From a virus, in the IMG/VR virus record IMGVR_UViG_3300050496_000070, positions 1 to 5,701 of that record: a stretch of DNA of 5,701 bases; one strand, given 5' to 3'. Below, piece by piece: positions 3,589 to 5,701 of the stretch. Under the pieces are notes generated by a model. The model was not told where the DNA came from, searched no databases, and worked only from the letters and a program-made list of their open reading frames with translations. The translations under genes and the position numbers were made by a program. Within the stretch, counting starts at the first letter, position 1. Each line of letters starts with the position of its first letter.

Positions 3589-5073
3589 ATGCAGACCATT
3601 GCCCACACGTGGACGCGCGCGCGGGCTTTGGTCTGCGTGTTCCTGCTGTGCCTGGTCGGCCTGGCGCACGCTGAGGGGACGATTCCGTTTCCGCCCGTGC
3701 AGTACATGGTCGGCGCGGGCGGGAATCCGGCTGACCCGCAGTGGGGTCCGACCCTCGATCTCACTCGTGCGGGTGCGTGCGCGAAAGCGCCCCCTCGGTT
3801 TGGTGCGACCGCCAGTCCGCCGCCGGGTCCGTACGGTGGTGGCACGCTGGTGAACAGCAACACGCAATGCAACATCACGTACAACGGTGGGGCGAGCAGT
3901 GCGAACGTCAGCGTCTACCAGATCAACCCGAGCTGTCCGCCGAACTCGACTGGCCCGAATGGCACGGCACCGAATCAGACGTGCACCTGCGGTGCGGGCA
4001 CATCGCCGGCCGATGGCAACACGGCCTGCGTGTCGTCGAACGCGTGCACGGCCGGCAACGGGTTGAGCCAGATCACGAACTACACGGTGGGATGGGTGAA
4101 GAACCCGAACGCCGAGCCGGTCGATTCGGTCGCGAACATGGTCGGCGACTACAAGGGGCCGAAGATCGGCGACAACCAATGCATGGCGGGGTGCAAGCGC
4201 AACGTGTACGGGCTCGCTCCGAGTACTAAGGGCTTCGTCTCGCTAGAGGCCGGGCCGACTGGTCTTTACCGCATGTCGCTTGACTTCGTGACCGTGGGCA
4301 TGGGCGTCACGTGCACGGCCGGCGCGTCGGATGCGGCGGGCGATCCGAACACCGCGCCGCCGGCGTGTCCTGGCGTCATGGGCATGGTGAACGGGGTCAT
4401 GAAGTGCCTTGCCAGTTCGCCGAGTACTCCGCTGCCGGCACCGTCGAACAGCGCGAGCGCGCCGCCGGCAGGGACGCCGTACACCCCAGGCAACCCGGCA
4501 GCAGGGGACAAGCCATCGACCGGGCCGGGGGCGGGCGACGGCGGCGCGGGGCGCACTCCGGTGAGTGGCAACGGCAGCAACAACGGTGGTAGCTCGTCGG
4601 CGAGTACGGGCCAGTTGGGCGGCAGCGGGGTCGGTGGCGGTGGGTCGAACACGGCAGGGGCGGGCGGTGCGGGTACAGGCTCGACCGGCGATGGCACCAA
4701 GCCGCGCGATCCGTGCGGCCTTCCAGGCACGCCGGCCTGCAAGCTGGACGAGACAGGGACGCCAAACGGGCAGGGCGTTTATGACGGCGCGACCACGGTT
4801 CTCAACACGAGCAAGACAAACGCGCTCTCGGGCATCGATGGGGTCGCTGGCATTTCGACAAACCGCTCTAACGGTGGATTCGGAACCGGCTGGTTTCCCG
4901 TGGTGCCGAGTTCGTGCACCAACCCGCCGGGGATCGCGAGCGCGTATGGCTTCACGCTCGACATTTGCGCCTACCGCCCGATGATTTGGGACCTCATGTC
5001 CATCGTGTGGGTCGCAGCGGCGCTGATCGGGTGCGCCTGGATCATGTACGACACGTTGTCGAAAGGGGGCTGA
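3589..5073 (+). CDS. Adsorption / minor coat protein (pIII-like), 494 aa
   Basis: ATG at 3589 begins a signal peptide (MQTIAHTWTRARALVCVFLLCLVGLAHA|EG). A Cys-rich N-terminal region follows. A long Pro/Ser then Gly/Ser/Ala-rich linker spans nt ~4414-4707. The C-terminal hydrophobic anchor is MIWDLMSIVWVAAALIGCAWIMY (nt ~4981-5049). It sits between the coat and pVI-like genes. The 3307-3588 part of the track ORF overlaps the coat gene in another frame and is discounted. Confidence 0.8.
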   Translation: MQTIAHTWTRARALVCVFLLCLVGLAHAEGTIPFPPVQYMVGAGGNPADPQWGPTLDLTRAGACAKAPPRFGATASPPPGPYGGGTLVNSNTQCNITYNGGASSANVSVYQINPSCPPNSTGPNGTAPNQTCTCGAGTSPADGNTACVSSNACTAGNGLSQITNYTVGWVKNPNAEPVDSVANMVGDYKGPKIGDNQCMAGCKRNVYGLAPSTKGFVSLEAGPTGLYRMSLDFVTVGMGVTCTAGASDAAGDPNTAPPACPGVMGMVNGVMKCLASSPSTPLPAPSNSASAPPAGTPYTPGNPAAGDKPSTGPGAGDGGAGRTPVSGNGSNNGGSSSASTGQLGGSGVGGGGSNTAGAGGAGTGSTGDGTKPRDPCGLPGTPACKLDETGTPNGQGVYDGATTVLNTSKTNALSGIDGVAGISTNRSNGGFGTGWFPVVPSSCTNPPGIASAYGFTLDICAYRPMIWDLMSIVWVAAALIGCAWIMYDTLSKGG

Positions 5074-5074
5074 T

Positions 5075-5395
5075 ATGCCGTTGCTGGGTGCATTGTTCGT
5101 AACGCTGTTCGGGGGGCTGGCGAGTTGGCTCGCGCAGTGGCTCACGCGAAAGGTTGCGGTCATCGCGGCCGGTGTCGCCATGTTGAGCGTGATCATTGGG
5201 GGCCTCTACGCGGCTGTCTCCGTGGTAATTACGCCGCTGGCACAGAAGCTGTTCACGACGAGCTACGGCAGTGTCATGAGCATGGCGTTTCCTCCGGTGT
5301 CGGGAGACTGCATCGCGGCGGTAGGCTTGACCTGGGTCGCCTGCGCGATCTATCGCTGGCAGCGGGCCGCGTTGTCGATTGCGGTGCAAGCCTGA
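5075..5395 (+). CDS. gVI: pVI-like minor coat / virion-cap membrane protein, 106 aa
   Basis: SD AAGGGGG lies upstream and a 1-nt gap follows the pIII-like stop. The protein is multi-hydrophobic. Its N-terminal region (FVTLFGGLASWLAQWLTRKVAVIAAGVAMLSVIIGGL) is similar to recalled M13 pVI (LVTLFGYLLTFLKKGFGKIAIAISLFLALIIGL). It lies immediately upstream of pI, as in Ff. Confidence 0.8.
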   Translation: MPLLGALFVTLFGGLASWLAQWLTRKVAVIAAGVAMLSVIIGGLYAAVSVVITPLAQKLFTTSYGSVMSMAFPPVSGDCIAAVGLTWVACAIYRWQRAALSIAVQA

Positions 5396-5701
5396 TGCCG
5401 AATTACAGCGTCGAGGGCAAGCTCGGTACGGGCAAAGGCAAGTTCTGCGTGTATCGCCTGCAGGAGGCGGCGCGCGATGGGCGCAAGATCGCCGGCAACA
5501 TGGATATCGTTGTCGAGAAGCTCACGCCTGAGCGCGTGACGCGCTATGTGCGCATCCCCGACAAGCCGACAGTTCGCGACCTCGAGGCGCTCGGGCACGG
5601 CAACCCGGATAGCTGCGATGAGGAACGCAACGGCGTGCTGGTGCTTGACGAGCTCGGCACGTGGCTCAACTCGCGGGGCTTTCAGGACAAGGAACGTGCC
5701 G
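5395..5701 (+). CDS. gI: pI / Zot-family assembly ATPase, 5' part. It runs off the window end and continues at position 128 through the 127-nt overlap.
   Basis: ATG 5395-5397 overlaps the pVI-like stop (TGATG). The N-terminus MPNYSVEGKLGTGKGKF aligns with recalled M13 pI MAVYFVTGKLGSGKT. RIPDKPTVRDLEALGHGN matches RIPDKPSISDLLAIGRGN. Confidence 0.9.
   Translation, partial: MPNYSVEGKLGTGKGKFCVYRLQEAARDGRKIAGNMDIVVEKLTPERVTRYVRIPDKPTVRDLEALGHGNPDSCDEERNGVLVLDELGTWLNSRGFQDKERA
5575..5701. repeat. Terminal redundancy, right copy, identical to 1-127
   Basis: 127/127 identity to the window start. Confidence 0.97.

Larger units (their letters stand above)
1..5574 (+). mobile_element. One complete unit (5574 nt) of a circular filamentous ssDNA phage genome (Inoviridae-like), circularly permuted so the break lies inside the pI/Zot gene
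   Basis: Gene order is ssDNA-binding candidate, Rep, small TM proteins, pVIII-like coat, pIII-like, pVI-like, pI/Zot, all on one strand. A divergent HTH regulator is also present. An exact 127-nt terminal overlap closes the circle and keeps the pI reading frame intact. Confidence 0.9.

Noticed and set aside
3850-4090. Cluster of N-x-S/T sequons in the pIII-like N-terminal region as evidence for N-glycosylation
   Set aside because: Bacterial PglB-type glycosylation needs an extended acidic sequon (D/E-x-N-x-S/T), which is not seen here. The Asn/Ser/Thr/Gly-rich composition makes such triplets frequent by chance.
3142-4179. Long minus-strand ORFs: 3142-4179 (345 aa), 4243-5196 (317 aa), 2427-3317 (296 aa), 1252-1707 (151 aa), and several shorter ones
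   Set aside because: All are antisense to well-supported + strand genes. Their sequences are Arg/Pro/Ala-rich and low-complexity, as expected for off-frame or antisense readings of GC-rich coding DNA. They lack SD or start context and would disrupt the compact one-strand inovirus layout.
1-5701. tRNA, rRNA, CRISPR arrays, secretin (pIV), integrase/transposase and toxin-antitoxin pairs
   Set aside because: Reading both strands found no cloverleaf-like or repeat-spacer structure and no ORF with the size or motifs of these functions. All sizeable ORFs are accounted for by the inovirus gene set.

Overview
The window is one complete, circularly closed genome of a small GC-rich filamentous ssDNA phage (Inoviridae-like). 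Bases 1-127 are identical to 5575-5701, so the unit length is 5574 nt, and the linear break falls inside the assembly-ATPase gene (pI/Zot family), which reads in frame across the junction. All morphogenesis and replication genes are on the + strand. In order they are an OB-fold-like ssDNA-binding candidate, an HUH rolling-circle Rep, a tiny lipoprotein, three translationally coupled micro-ORFs (32, 45 and 38 aa; the last two are absent as separate ORFs from the supplied track), a pVIII-like major coat protein, a pIII-like adsorption protein, a pVI-like protein and the pI/Zot ATPase. One gene runs the other way: an HTH regulator with a predicted transmembrane helix, separated from the + operon by a 69-nt control region with nested inverted repeats. 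No secretin (pIV), integrase, tRNA, rRNA or CRISPR is present. Points worth follow-up are listed here. (1) The pI homolog has no membrane or periplasmic half and carries a deviant Walker A. (2) The repressor-like protein appears membrane-anchored. (3) A lipoprotein gene sits in the structural module. (4) An AACGGG repeat and hairpin cluster lies inside rep where codon bias collapses, a candidate origin. (5) A second zone of collapsed synonymous bias in rep coincides with a +1-frame ORF that has a Shine-Dalgarno (SD) sequence, an ATG and a transmembrane helix, a candidate overprinted gene. (6) Only about 190 nt are non-coding, so the origins and packaging signal must be very compact or embedded in genes. 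Protein similarities are judged against Ff/M13 sequences recalled from memory; no database search was possible. The host cannot be determined from the sequence.
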